Source: a bacterium Ga0077546 (lineage in GTDB: Bacteria > Cyanobacteriota > Vampirovibrionia > Obscuribacterales > Obscuribacteraceae). From it: a stretch of 64,000 nt of DNA. Position numbers and translations under genes: made by a program. The notes beneath the pieces are model-generated. The model did no database searches and was not told the origin of the DNA. It saw only the letters and a list, made by a program, of their open reading frames with translations. The first letter of the stretch is position 1. Each line of letters begins with the position of its first letter. The stretch spans positions 1,541-65,540 of the forward strand of contig CALRQI020000005.1 in the NCBI GenBank assembly GCA_943370275.1. The letters run 5' to 3'. This document shows positions 27,965 to 37,527 of this stretch, piece by piece.

Positions 27965-28516
27965 CTAAGCAGCTTGCTGCTCGTCTTTGTCTTCAGATGG
28001 AGGCGCTTCTGCCTCAGCCTCTGCTGACTCTGCCGGAGCTTCTTCTTCAGCCGCTGGTTCTTCTTCAGTGGCCGCATCTTCCGCAGCTGCTTCTTCAGTA
28101 GCCTCTGCTACTGTTTCTTCTTCTTTAGCTTCTTCTTCTTTCGTTTCTTCTTGAGCTTCCTCGGCTTCAGCAACTTCTTCTTCGGCTGCTGCTTCTTCTT
28201 CTTTAGCTTCCTCAGCTTCAGCAACTTCTTCTTCGGCTGCTGCTTCTTCTTCTTTCGCTTCTTCGCATGTTTTGGCTTCTTCTGCCGCTTCTTCTGGAGC
28301 AGCTAGTGCTTCTTCTGTTTTTGCTTCGCACTCTTCGGTGGCGGCTGAACACTCTTCTGCTGTCGCCTCTTCTGCGGCAGCCTCAACGGCTTCAACAGCT
28401 TCCTCTGGCACAATGGTGACACTAGAAACTTCCACTTCGGTTTCGACTACTGGTTCAACGACTGGTGATACTACTGGTTCAGCTGCTTTGCTTGCGCCGT
28501 GCTTTTTCTTACTCAT
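27965..28516 (-). CDS. Extremely acidic Glu/Ala-rich intrinsically disordered protein
   Basis: The ATG at 28516 lies behind a GGGGAGAGAG RBS. MSKKKHGASKAAEP is followed by about 170 aa dominated by E/A with internal repeats. Confidence 0.7.
   Translation of the reverse strand: MSKKKHGASKAAEPVVSPVVEPVVETEVEVSSVTIVPEEAVEAVEAAAEEATAEECSAATEECEAKTEEALAAPEEAAEEAKTCEEAKEEEAAAEEEVAEAEEAKEEEAAAEEEVAEAEEAQEETKEEEAKEEETVAEATEEAAAEDAATEEEPAAEEEAPAESAEAEAEAPPSEDKDEQQAA
28155..28256. repeat. Tandem 51-nt duplication inside the acidic-protein gene
   Basis: Two adjacent 51-nt units differ at 2 positions. They encode EEAKEEEAAAEEEVAEA twice. Confidence 0.9.
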
Positions 28517-28930
28517 GGTCTCTCTCCCCTTCAACTATCAATGTACATTTCCCTCGTTAAGGCGCCTTGCGGGCCATTGTCAGATTCAACCAAAGTGAAA
28601 TTTCGCGTGCGGAGACGCGCCTAGAAACCAGCGTTCTAAGCAGGTAGCTAATCTGGCTCAAAGCACGATGCCGAGAGCCATTGATCACACTAAGTAGTCG
28701 TTCTTTCCTAAAGCAAAGCATTCGCCCAGATTGGCGTTAAATCACAGCCCCGGCAAACGAATTACGAGAGAGTTGAACCTTACTCTTCTATTCTTACAGA
28801 TCTCACGGCATTTCGCAGGGTTGTCAGGAAGAATTTTTGTTAAAACTTTTGCCCCGAATTTTTGCACCAGAATTGGTGGCGTCGAGGGCGCGAGAAAACC
28901 CTGAGCTAAGCGCAAGGAAAAAGCAAGAAA

Positions 28931-29638
28931 CTACTGCCCTTTCTGTTCCCGCTTTTTTAGATATATTATTGAACCTGGCTCTGTAAGCGCATTTGAAGTG
29001 TTTTCCTCGAGATTTTTCCTGTTCTCTACTTCAACTTTTCCGCTAGCACCCAGAGACCGATTTGCCTGGTCTTTTTCGTCGCCCGGATTTGACTCGGACT
29101 TAGCGGCACTCGCGCGAACTTCCGAGTCATTTGCCGCTGTTTCAAACCGACTAAAATCAACATTTTGCTGAAGGTGATCAAAGCTCTCAGCCGGAGTCAT
29201 CTCCCGCATCCTATAGTTAACCACATGTATTGTTCGCACAACAAAAAGCTGAGACTCCTGGCCAGCATTAAGCTCTTTCATATCAATAAATGCTTGAGCA
29301 TCCGCCAATTTATCACTAGCAGATAGTAATTTTTTCAAAGTATCATCGTACTTTTTAGACCAGTTAGCATCTCGATCTAAGCCTGAATACTTACTGATTT
29401 GATCAAGCTCATTGATCTGCTTCAACAATTCAGCTACTACCACTCTTAGTCGCTTTTGATAGACCAATAATCGATTGATGCGCGCTCGTTTTCGATCCCG
29501 AAAATATTTGTAGATGAACCATGCCAATACACAGAAAAAAATAAACGCGACAAAGAAACCGAAAAAGAGAAGAAGAGCAGTTAGAAGGAAAAGGAAAGGC
29601 ATGGAAGTCTCAAAAGAACTCTGCTCGAAGAGTAACAA
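28931..29638 (-). CDS. Membrane-anchored coiled-coil hypothetical protein
   Basis: 235-aa ORF with an N-terminal TM (FLFLLTALLLFFGFFVAFIFFCVLAWFIY). The start may be the ATG at 29602. Confidence 0.6.
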   Translation of the reverse strand: MLLFEQSSFETSMPFLFLLTALLLFFGFFVAFIFFCVLAWFIYKYFRDRKRARINRLLVYQKRLRVVVAELLKQINELDQISKYSGLDRDANWSKKYDDTLKKLLSASDKLADAQAFIDMKELNAGQESQLFVVRTIHVVNYRMREMTPAESFDHLQQNVDFSRFETAANDSEVRASAAKSESNPGDEKDQANRSLGASGKVEVENRKNLEENTSNALTEPGSIIYLKKREQKGQ

Positions 29639-29824
29639 ACGCTTAAATAGATCATAACCGGTTCACTACAAGAAAAATTGATGGCACCTTCCAGCAAAGA
29701 CCCCGACAAAGGTTCGGCTCAGATTACCAGTTAAGAAGGCAGCCACTTGACTACAAATTTAACTTCTTTTGCCTGTTTGGTCTATCTGCTTCTTTTCAAG
29801 CCTATGCTACACTCGTTCGAGATA

Positions 29825-30112
29825 ATGGCAACCCAAGGGAATCACCCTTCTAGAAGAGAACCACTGATGCCCGCGCCAAACTGCTCTACCGTGAAATCGG
29901 CCCTGACCGAACTCAAAGAAATTCTTAGCCGCTGTCAGCATGGCAATAACGCCAATCAAAGCCCATTAGAAACTGCCAACGTCTTTGCCGCCATAGCTGG
30001 CCTGGAGGCGACAATCAGTTCTATTGAAGAGAAGTCATTTGCTCGCGAAGACTTCACTGCTGACATGGGCGTGCCCATCATTACTGGTATGACCCAGCCG
30101 GTAGTTTCCTAA
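29825..30112 (+). CDS. Hypothetical small protein
   Basis: Open frame with an ATG at 29825. The ORF track starts at a TTG (29747). No recognisable motif. Confidence 0.35.
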   Translation: MATQGNHPSRREPLMPAPNCSTVKSALTELKEILSRCQHGNNANQSPLETANVFAAIAGLEATISSIEEKSFAREDFTADMGVPIITGMTQPVVS

Positions 30113-30119
30113 ACCACTC

Positions 30120-31271
30120 TTAAAGAGTTGGCTGAGGCACTACGCCTTGATAGGCGGCGCTAATTTCTTTCAACTGCTGCGCCAAAATCTTGGCGGCATC
30201 AGGTTTTCCGATTTCGGTCATGCGCTTGCGCATTTCCTGCAATCTGCTGTCGTCGCCAATTAAACCGGCAATATGGTTGTAGATTGTCTCCCCGGTGAGA
30301 TCTTCTTGCGGTATCACAATAGCGGCCTTCTGCGACTCCATATAGCGGGCGTTGTGAGTCTGGTGATCTTGGGCAGCATAAGGATAAGGCACGAAGATTG
30401 CTGGAGTTCCAGTCACAGCCAACTCAGCCACTGTCATGGCACCAGCTCTAGTAATAGCTAAATCAGACACAGCATAAGCAATAGAAAGGTCGTCAAAATA
30501 GGCCCGCAAATGATAACGCGGGCTAGGGGCCAGGCTCGGGTTGAGGCGTTCTTTGACATCATTGAGATTTTTATCACCACATTGATGCACAATTTGAATA
30601 TGGGGCTCAATTTCCAGCAGCCGCGGTAAAGCTGCCGCGACAGCCTCATTGAGGGCCTTGGCACCCTGAGAGCCGCCCGTAACCAAGACAGTTTTGAGAT
30701 CGGAGCGCAGACCAAGAATGGCACAACCTGAGTCTCTATGGCGTTCGGCCAGAAAACTCTTACGCACCGGATTGCCGTTAAAGACAATACGACCGCGTGG
30801 AGCATTGATTCGCGCAGCAGCTCCTTGCATTCCCAGCGAAACCAATTGGGCCCGGCGAGACAATAAGCGGTTTACCAGCCCTGGATGGGCATCCGGCTCG
30901 TGCACTGCAGTTGGCACACCAAGCGCGTTAGCCGCAGCCAGCGGAGGGGCCGACGCATAGCCACCAGTTCCCAGCACTACCGTAGGCCTAAACTGGCGTA
31001 AAACGTCCTTAGCGCGCTCAATAGCGTGCCACATTTGAAAAGGCCAAGTAATGAGGCGGGGAGACAAACTACGCGGCATGCCAGAGACATTCAGGCCGAT
31101 AAAATCAAGGCCATTGTCTCGCGCCAGTTTTTCTTCCGGATGACCATTGGCCCCTATATATAAGATGGCTTCAACCGAAGGGTCGTCCTTAAGCTGCTCA
31201 GCCACCGAAAGGGCTGGGTAAATGTGACCACCAGTGCCACCACCTGTTAGTACTATGCGATGACCAACCAT
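30120..31271 (-). CDS. murG: Undecaprenyldiphospho-muramoylpentapeptide beta-N-acetylglucosaminyltransferase
   Basis: LTGGGTGGHIYPAL at the N-terminus, GT28 layout, position after ftsW. Confidence 0.95.
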   Translation of the reverse strand: MVGHRIVLTGGGTGGHIYPALSVAEQLKDDPSVEAILYIGANGHPEEKLARDNGLDFIGLNVSGMPRSLSPRLITWPFQMWHAIERAKDVLRQFRPTVVLGTGGYASAPPLAAANALGVPTAVHEPDAHPGLVNRLLSRRAQLVSLGMQGAAARINAPRGRIVFNGNPVRKSFLAERHRDSGCAILGLRSDLKTVLVTGGSQGAKALNEAVAAALPRLLEIEPHIQIVHQCGDKNLNDVKERLNPSLAPSPRYHLRAYFDDLSIAYAVSDLAITRAGAMTVAELAVTGTPAIFVPYPYAAQDHQTHNARYMESQKAAIVIPQEDLTGETIYNHIAGLIGDDSRLQEMRKRMTEIGKPDAAKILAQQLKEISAAYQGVVPQPTL

Positions 31272-31286
31272 CTCTTTGAACAGTCC

Positions 31287-32606
31287 TTACAATGTGCTCA
31301 GGGCATTGGGAGAAAGCGAGGGCTTCGTGGGGGGAGCAGGAGGAGAAGGCTCAACTTCTTCTGCATCTTCATCGTCTTCAGCTACAGCGCCACGATCACG
31401 CGAGATCGAAAGCAAAATTCCAACCATAGATAAAGTAACAACTAGTGATGTGCCACCATAACTTATAAACGGCAGAGTGATACCGGTAACCGGCAGAAGA
31501 CCAGTAGTTACCATCATGTTAATAACAGCCTGGGTACAAATTTCGCTAGTGATACCGATGGCCAGGATGCGACCAAACAATGTCTTAGCAGAAAGCGCTG
31601 CCTTGTAGCCATAAACTCCAAACAGAGCAAACAGACCAATCAATAAGCAGCAACCAATCAAACCAAACTCTTCAGCTATAACAGCAAAAATAAAGTCGGC
31701 AAACTGTACAGGAAGATAGTAAAGCTTCTGCAGCGAGCGACCAAAACCTTGCCCCCAAAGGCCACCGGAGCCAATAGCGTACTGAGCTTGAATAATGTTC
31801 CAGCCTTCTTTCTGCGGATGAAGGTATGGATTCAACCAGGTTTCAATACGGGCCATTTGATAGGGATGCTTCTGTACATGCTGCCAGGCCAAAACAGCGG
31901 TGCCACCGAGGGCCCCGAGAAGAAGCAAGAAGTTGGTACCGCTGGCAAATAGTAGAGTGAGTAAGCTAGCAAGAATCATGCTGGCGCTGCCTAAGTCAGG
32001 CTGTTTGATGACGATACCAGCCATGGCAAGCACCACGACAATACGCAAAACAATCTGCGGATCTCTCCAGAAATATCGCGATAACCCTGAGGCTAGAAGC
32101 AGAATAGTAGCTACTTTAGCGACTTCAGATGGCTGGAATTGCAAGGGGCCAAGGGTGAGCCAGCGGCTAGAACCCATAGTTTGTACTGTCAAACCAGGAA
32201 TATTAACCAGAGTGATGCCGAGGGAAAACAAAGCAAAAAGCGAAAGAGGCCAGGCGAATTTCTTTAAGCGGCGATAGTCGTAGCGACTAACAGTAAACAT
32301 GACAAACAATCCAATGACAAAGGCCATGGTTTGTTTGCGCAAAAGCGTTGTTGAGTCGTGAAAACTTTGTTGTGCTTCCGGAGCCGAGGCTGAATAGACA
32401 GCCATCAATCCAAATCCACAAAGACTAAGGGTAATACCTACCAAGGTGCGATCAATGCCGCCTCTATATTCAGGAGCGGCTGGAGTTTTATCGCTTGAGT
32501 CCCCGCTATTGTCGCGGCGACGCCATCTCTCGCGCCCTTGCGCGGACAAGATCCTTGAAGACACGGCCTCTATCCTCGAAATCCCTGAACATATCGAAAC
32601 TGGCAC
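31287..32606 (-). CDS. ftsW: Peptidoglycan glycosyltransferase FtsW (SEDS family)
   Basis: MAVYSAS, PSE..K, GGLWGQGFG and LPFISYGGTS motifs. The start is uncertain: GTG 32606, GTG 32564 or TTG 32549, all overlapping the murD end. There is an acidic/Pro-rich C-terminal tail. Confidence 0.92.
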   Translation of the reverse strand: MPVSICSGISRIEAVSSRILSAQGRERWRRRDNSGDSSDKTPAAPEYRGGIDRTLVGITLSLCGFGLMAVYSASAPEAQQSFHDSTTLLRKQTMAFVIGLFVMFTVSRYDYRRLKKFAWPLSLFALFSLGITLVNIPGLTVQTMGSSRWLTLGPLQFQPSEVAKVATILLLASGLSRYFWRDPQIVLRIVVVLAMAGIVIKQPDLGSASMILASLLTLLFASGTNFLLLLGALGGTAVLAWQHVQKHPYQMARIETWLNPYLHPQKEGWNIIQAQYAIGSGGLWGQGFGRSLQKLYYLPVQFADFIFAVIAEEFGLIGCCLLIGLFALFGVYGYKAALSAKTLFGRILAIGITSEICTQAVINMMVTTGLLPVTGITLPFISYGGTSLVVTLSMVGILLSISRDRGAVAEDDEDAEEVEPSPPAPPTKPSLSPNALSTL

Positions 32607-33894
32607 AGGCAGGGGAAAGTAATACTGGTCCTTTTTTCAATTTACCGCCGATTTGAACAGCTTCCTCCATAGTAGCGGCAACGTATATATCGTTAAATCC
32701 GGCTTCACGCAACGCTCTCTCAAACCGCTCTTTTGCTTCACCAATAAGGATAACGCCCAAAGCGTATTTTTTTATCGATTGAATTAAATCAGACAGAGGA
32801 GTTCCTTTGTCCTTGCCACCAGCAATGAGGACGACGCTTTTCTCGGGAAAAGACTCAAGAGCTTTAATGGCTGAATCAGTATTAGTGGCCTTAGAGTCGT
32901 TGTAGAAATCAACGCCATCAACAGTTTCGACAAACTCAAGGCGATGCTCAAGGGCTTTAAATGTACATAGATGCTGTTCAATTTCTTTTTCAGTCAAGCC
33001 AGCTAGACAACAAGCCGATATAGCCGCCAGTGCATTCTCGATGTTGTGCTTACCAATTATTCGCAAATCATTTTGGTTACAGACTACTCGGGTGCGAGCA
33101 TTATGCGAATAGCAGAGGAAGCCATCTTCCAGATATGCACCCTGTATACCGCGATTAGCAGCAGGTAACAATGTAAAAGGAAATAGCTCGGCTTTTGTCC
33201 TGGTAGTTGCCACCACCGAATCATCCTGATTGAGAATGGCATAAGATTCCATCTCTTGATGGGCAAACATAGAGCGTTTTGCTTCTATATAGGGGTCAAG
33301 GCCACCATGCCAATCAAGATGGTCGGGAGTAAGGTTAAGCCAAATGCCAATGAAGGGCGCAAAGGTTGGCGAGTACTGCAGCTGGTAAGAACTAACCTCT
33401 ACTACAAGAAAGTCGAGGGGGCCGCTATCGAGGCGACTCAAAATTGGCACTCCGATATTGCCACAGGCTGGAGCAAGGCGGCCAGCCTTTTCTAGTATGT
33501 AGCTAATTAGTGCTGTGGTCGTAGACTTACCATTCGTGCCAGTCACAGCAATGAACGGAACTGTATCTTTGCACTCACGGTAAGCCAGCTCGACATCAGA
33601 AATAACTTCGCGCCGATGGGCTTTAGCCCTAAGCATTACATCAGCATGGGGCGGAATGCCCGGGCTTGTAATAACAAGTTCAGACCAGCTTAAACAGCGC
33701 TCACTATGAGCGCCAAATTCGCTTTCTACTGGCAGAGCATTCAGCTCAGCAAGTAACTTGGGATTGATCTTGTCTTTAGGCTGAGACTCGGAGACTAGAA
33801 CTTTAGCCCCGCGTTTAACCAGGTAGGAAGCGGCGGCGATGCCGCTTCTACCTAATCCTAAAATACTGACTTTCTTGTTATTCCAGTCTGCCAC
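32506..33894 (-). CDS. murD: UDP-N-acetylmuramoylalanine--D-glutamate ligase
   Basis: VSILGLGRSG and the GTNGKSTT P-loop, Mur ligase layout. Confidence 0.96.
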   Translation of the reverse strand: MADWNNKKVSILGLGRSGIAAASYLVKRGAKVLVSESQPKDKINPKLLAELNALPVESEFGAHSERCLSWSELVITSPGIPPHADVMLRAKAHRREVISDVELAYRECKDTVPFIAVTGTNGKSTTTALISYILEKAGRLAPACGNIGVPILSRLDSGPLDFLVVEVSSYQLQYSPTFAPFIGIWLNLTPDHLDWHGGLDPYIEAKRSMFAHQEMESYAILNQDDSVVATTRTKAELFPFTLLPAANRGIQGAYLEDGFLCYSHNARTRVVCNQNDLRIIGKHNIENALAAISACCLAGLTEKEIEQHLCTFKALEHRLEFVETVDGVDFYNDSKATNTDSAIKALESFPEKSVVLIAGGKDKGTPLSDLIQSIKKYALGVILIGEAKERFERALREAGFNDIYVAATMEEAVQIGGKLKKGPVLLSPACASFDMFRDFEDRGRVFKDLVRARAREMASPRQ

Positions 33895-33920
33895 TCGACA
33901 ATTGTAACAGAAAGACCGCT

Positions 33921-35840
33921 CTAACCTCTTTGGCGCTCTTTCTCTTTTTGTTCAAGCTTGTAAGCCTTCTCTGAGAGATTAGCAATCTTCTTGTTCATCT
34001 TCTCGACTTCTTTAGGAGGCATATTGGGAGTTAGAGCCATGTAGGCCTTGTACTGAACCACTGCTTCTTTAAGATCTTTTGAGGCTTCTGGCTTCAATCG
34101 CTCCAGCGTTTTACCAATGCCCATACGAGCATCAGCAATCTTTGGATTGTCGTATATAGAGGCATGATATTTATCGATAGCACTGGCCAACTGGCTACGA
34201 CGAGCAAGATCATCACCTAGAGTCAGCTCTTGCCGAGCTAGATCTTTTTGCTTAGCGACCAAATTAAGACCGCGCTTAGCCCGCTCTTCACCACCAGGGA
34301 AACTGGAGGCTTTTTTGTAGGCAGCTTCAGCACTAGGAAGGTCTTTGATCATCAATGCCAAATCGCCAACAGCAAAGGTTTGCTTAGCATCAGAGGCATT
34401 AGCAATGACGGTGTTCATCTGCTGATCAGATTCACTAAATTTGTTCTGAGCAAGAAGAGCCTCAGCATAAGCCACTCTTTCACCATCATTGGTTGGTGTG
34501 CCAATGCTAGCAAGATCAACTGGCACGCCAGCCATAGAACGCAACTTAGCTTGTGCCAGCCTCAACTCCATATCATTAGGATTCATCTTCACAGCTTGAT
34601 CAATCATGCGTTGAGCTGATTCGTACTCGTTTGAGACAAAGAAAGCACCAGTTGCTTCCTTGTTAGCTTTTAGATAATAGGCTCTGGTTAAGCCTTTTGC
34701 TGCAGCCGAATTTTGTGGATTAGCATCAAGCACTGTGCGGTATTCCTTGACGGCATCATCAAGCTTTTCCAGTTGCAAACTTTGATCGGCAACACGCAAA
34801 TGCAAATCGGGATTGTTAGGCATCATTTCTAAACCAGAACGAAGCTCAGCAATCGACATTTCGAGGTCACCACGACCCTGTCTAATATCAGCAATGTGCA
34901 AGTAAGCATCAGGGTTCTCTGGCTTGATGCTGATCGACTTTTGCAATTGTTGAATGGCCGCTACGGTATTACCCTGGGCAGCGTAAACATCGCCCATGGT
35001 CTGGTGCACAGGAGCGCTGTTGCGGTTTTGGTACAAGGAAGTATTCAGCTCTTTCAAGGCTTCGTCGTATAGGCCTTGCTTATAGTAGGCCCGACCTAAG
35101 CCATAGTGAGCAGTTGAATTGCCAGAATTAAGTGAGACAGCCTGTTTGAACGAAGCAACAGCATCAGCGTATTGTTCTTTGTTTAGCTTAGCTATGCCGA
35201 GCTGACCGTAAGCTTCTGAGTTTTTAGGATCGAGACGAGTGGCTTCTTTGTACTCATTGATCGCTTCGTCTAAGCGACCCTGTTCCTTATATATGTTTCC
35301 CAAAGTGATATGAGCTTCGGGCATACCAGGATCAATACTGATTGCTTGCTTGGCTTCAGCCTCGGCGTTGCGCAAGGTAGCGTCTTTGTTTTTGATTACG
35401 GTGCCAGACGAAGAAGTAAGGCGATTCAACATCACCATTGCCTTACCAGCGTGAGCCATGGCATTCATTGGGTCGTTGGCCAAAACTTTGGCAAAATTCT
35501 CTTCGGCAGCATCTAACTTGAATTGCTTAGCCAAAGCCATTCCATAGCCAACAGCAGCTGCTGTGCTCTTTGGACTTCTGGTCATCTCGCCTTTATAGAG
35601 ATCGGCAGCCTCAGTGAATTTACCTTGCATCATGAGCTGATCAGCTCTGACGGTCTCGCGAGTAATGCGAATTTGATAGGTCTTGTTAGCGGCAATTTGG
35701 AGACCCGAAATCGAATCGGAACTACCACGAGCTGAAGCCTCAACATTCCAGGCAAAATTGGAGCCGACAGAAATAGATGCAGCTAAGGCAAAAGTGAAAA
35801 TTCTGAACGAGTTTCTAATAGTCATAGAGTTCTCCGTCAA
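33921..35840 (-). CDS. Secreted multi-TPR repeat protein
   Basis: 639 aa with a signal peptide and more than 10 TPR-like units (e.g. AINEYKEATRLDPKNSEAYGQLGIA). Confidence 0.88.
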   Translation of the reverse strand: MTENSMTIRNSFRIFTFALAASISVGSNFAWNVEASARGSSDSISGLQIAANKTYQIRITRETVRADQLMMQGKFTEAADLYKGEMTRSPKSTAAAVGYGMALAKQFKLDAAEENFAKVLANDPMNAMAHAGKAMVMLNRLTSSSGTVIKNKDATLRNAEAEAKQAISIDPGMPEAHITLGNIYKEQGRLDEAINEYKEATRLDPKNSEAYGQLGIAKLNKEQYADAVASFKQAVSLNSGNSTAHYGLGRAYYKQGLYDEALKELNTSLYQNRNSAPVHQTMGDVYAAQGNTVAAIQQLQKSISIKPENPDAYLHIADIRQGRGDLEMSIAELRSGLEMMPNNPDLHLRVADQSLQLEKLDDAVKEYRTVLDANPQNSAAAKGLTRAYYLKANKEATGAFFVSNEYESAQRMIDQAVKMNPNDMELRLAQAKLRSMAGVPVDLASIGTPTNDGERVAYAEALLAQNKFSESDQQMNTVIANASDAKQTFAVGDLALMIKDLPSAEAAYKKASSFPGGEERAKRGLNLVAKQKDLARQELTLGDDLARRSQLASAIDKYHASIYDNPKIADARMGIGKTLERLKPEASKDLKEAVVQYKAYMALTPNMPPKEVEKMNKKIANLSEKAYKLEQKEKERQRG

Positions 35841-36121
35841 TGGGGCTATGCCACGTGTGTATACAAGACGTTATGCGCTTGAAAAGCCGACTGCCTTGCT
35901 TTATCTCAAAATAGTCGCAAATTGTAGCAACCAAACCACAAGCAATAAAGGTTAAGTAGCTGTCTTTTGTACCTAGACTGTGCACGTGGGACAATTTAAG
36001 TTATTGAAGTGAAAAAAGCAGTTGTCAGTTGTCAACCGCAAAGGCGACACTTGCCAAATTGCATTCTATATATAAGGAAGTATTTTTCCTTTATTGCTAT
36101 CTCAAAAGTGAGGATTTTAAA

Positions 36122-36880
36122 GTGTCAGGTCATTCAAAATGGGCCACCATCAAAAGACACAAAGCTGTCGTTGATCAAAAGCGTGGGGTGATGTACGCCA
36201 AGATGTCGCGCGAAATCATCATCGCCACCAAACTTGGCGGCAGCGATCCCAATGCCAATTTTCGCTTACGCCAGGCAATAGACAGAGCCAAAGCCGAAGG
36301 TGTACCTAACGACAATATTCAGAGAGCCATCGAAAAGGGCTCTGGAACTGGCGCTCAGGATAATTTCGAAGAGCTCGTTTATGAAGGATATGGCCCAGGA
36401 GGAGTTGCCCTTCTGGTCAAATGCACAACCGACAACCGCAACAGAACAGCCGGCGATGTGCGCATGTACTTTTCGAAATTTGGCGGCAACATGGGCGATA
36501 GTGGCTGTGTTGGCTGGATGTTTAGAGAGCGCGGCGAAGTACTTCTAGAAAAAGGGACTCAGTTTGACGAAGACGCACTGCTAACAGCCGCTCTAGATGC
36601 CGGTGCAGAAGATTTAGATACCTCGATGGAAGCTGAAGCGTTAGTGATTTGCAGCCCCGAGCAATTAGAAAAAGTGCGCGACGGACTATCTAAAGCTGGC
36701 TACAAGGTTTCTTCAGCAGAGAACGCCATGATTCCGAGCACCACTGTCGAGATAGACAGCCCTGAAACCGCAAGACTGTTGCTACGACTGATAGATAGCC
36801 TAGAGAATCACGACGACGTGCAGTCGGTTTTTGCCAACTTCGAAATGAATCAAGACTGGATGCAAGAGTTCTTGAACTAG
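36122..36880 (+). CDS. yebC: YebC/PmpR-family transcriptional regulator
   Basis: (M)SGHSKWATIKRHKAVVDQKRG from the GTG at 36122 behind an AGGA RBS. The ORF track begins upstream at 36029. Confidence 0.95.
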   Translation: MSGHSKWATIKRHKAVVDQKRGVMYAKMSREIIIATKLGGSDPNANFRLRQAIDRAKAEGVPNDNIQRAIEKGSGTGAQDNFEELVYEGYGPGGVALLVKCTTDNRNRTAGDVRMYFSKFGGNMGDSGCVGWMFRERGEVLLEKGTQFDEDALLTAALDAGAEDLDTSMEAEALVICSPEQLEKVRDGLSKAGYKVSSAENAMIPSTTVEIDSPETARLLLRLIDSLENHDDVQSVFANFEMNQDWMQEFLN

Positions 36881-37062
36881 AGCCTAGAGAGCCATTTCAG
36901 CGGCCGATACTACTGGCAGTGCCTGATAATCTTGATTAATGTCAGCAAGGGTGACAGCTCGTAGTCGAGCAAATGTCTCTCCACAACACAATATTTGACG
37001 AAGAAAGTTTAAGATCCCGATCGATATACAGAGGTCGAAGCAAAAGTAGCCAAAGGCAAACT

Positions 37063-37084
37063 GGCGCGAGCGATCGCGCCTTTG
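37063..37084 (+). terminator. Weak candidate terminator
   Basis: GGCGCG-agcgat-CGCGCC followed by TTTG, about 180 nt after the yebC stop. Confidence 0.25.
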
Positions 37085-37527
37085 TGAAATGCTAATAACT
37101 TAGCAGATGAGATAAATAGGCAGCGTTTAACAAAGGTTTTACAGAGCGTTACGCAGCGCTACTGACAACGGCTTTCAAGAAGCAAGGTTAGCTCGCGCTA
37201 ATCTTGGCCGTCTCAAAGCCAGTAAGGAAACCACACCACCCGACAAGGGGGCAGCAGCCTTGCAGATTTTTGTCAACAGAACCTTTCTTAGTTTTCTCCA
37301 ATAAATCTTAAACCTCAAACCAGCGCAGAAAAATCGAACTTGTCAGCGGATCTTTGACGTGCCACCAAGTCTTCTGTTACCTTTTCGCCTGCTTCGAAAG
37401 ACCTGGCCGGAAGTTATCTATCGCATATACGCAGCTAGCTGCGATGAATGGAAAAACGGTTCTCCTACTAGAGAGAACGCATCAGCAAATCGCCTGGCCC
37501 AGGCACTAGAGAGAGTGATCAATTCAA

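Noticed and set aside
27733-28077. Three small ORFs (27733-27948 +, 27827-28027 +, 27811-28077 -) over the hairpin region
   Set aside because: They are mutually overlapping and span the 17-bp inverted repeat and the terminator. Two run into the acidic-protein gene (27811-28077 out of frame on its own strand, 27827-28027 antisense). They are best explained as non-coding structured DNA.
28272-28598. 108-aa plus-strand Ser/Ala-rich ORF opposite the acidic-protein gene
   Set aside because: It is the mirror image of the GAA/GCN-rich coding strand. The minus-strand gene has the RBS, the basic N-terminus and the terminator.
36881-37527. c-di-AMP (ydaO-type) riboswitch upstream of the rlpA-like cell-wall gene
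   Set aside because: The context is suggestive. However, the highly conserved 3' element (CCGAAUCCGACAGCUAACCUCGUAAGC-like) is absent, and I saw only unrelated short hairpins.
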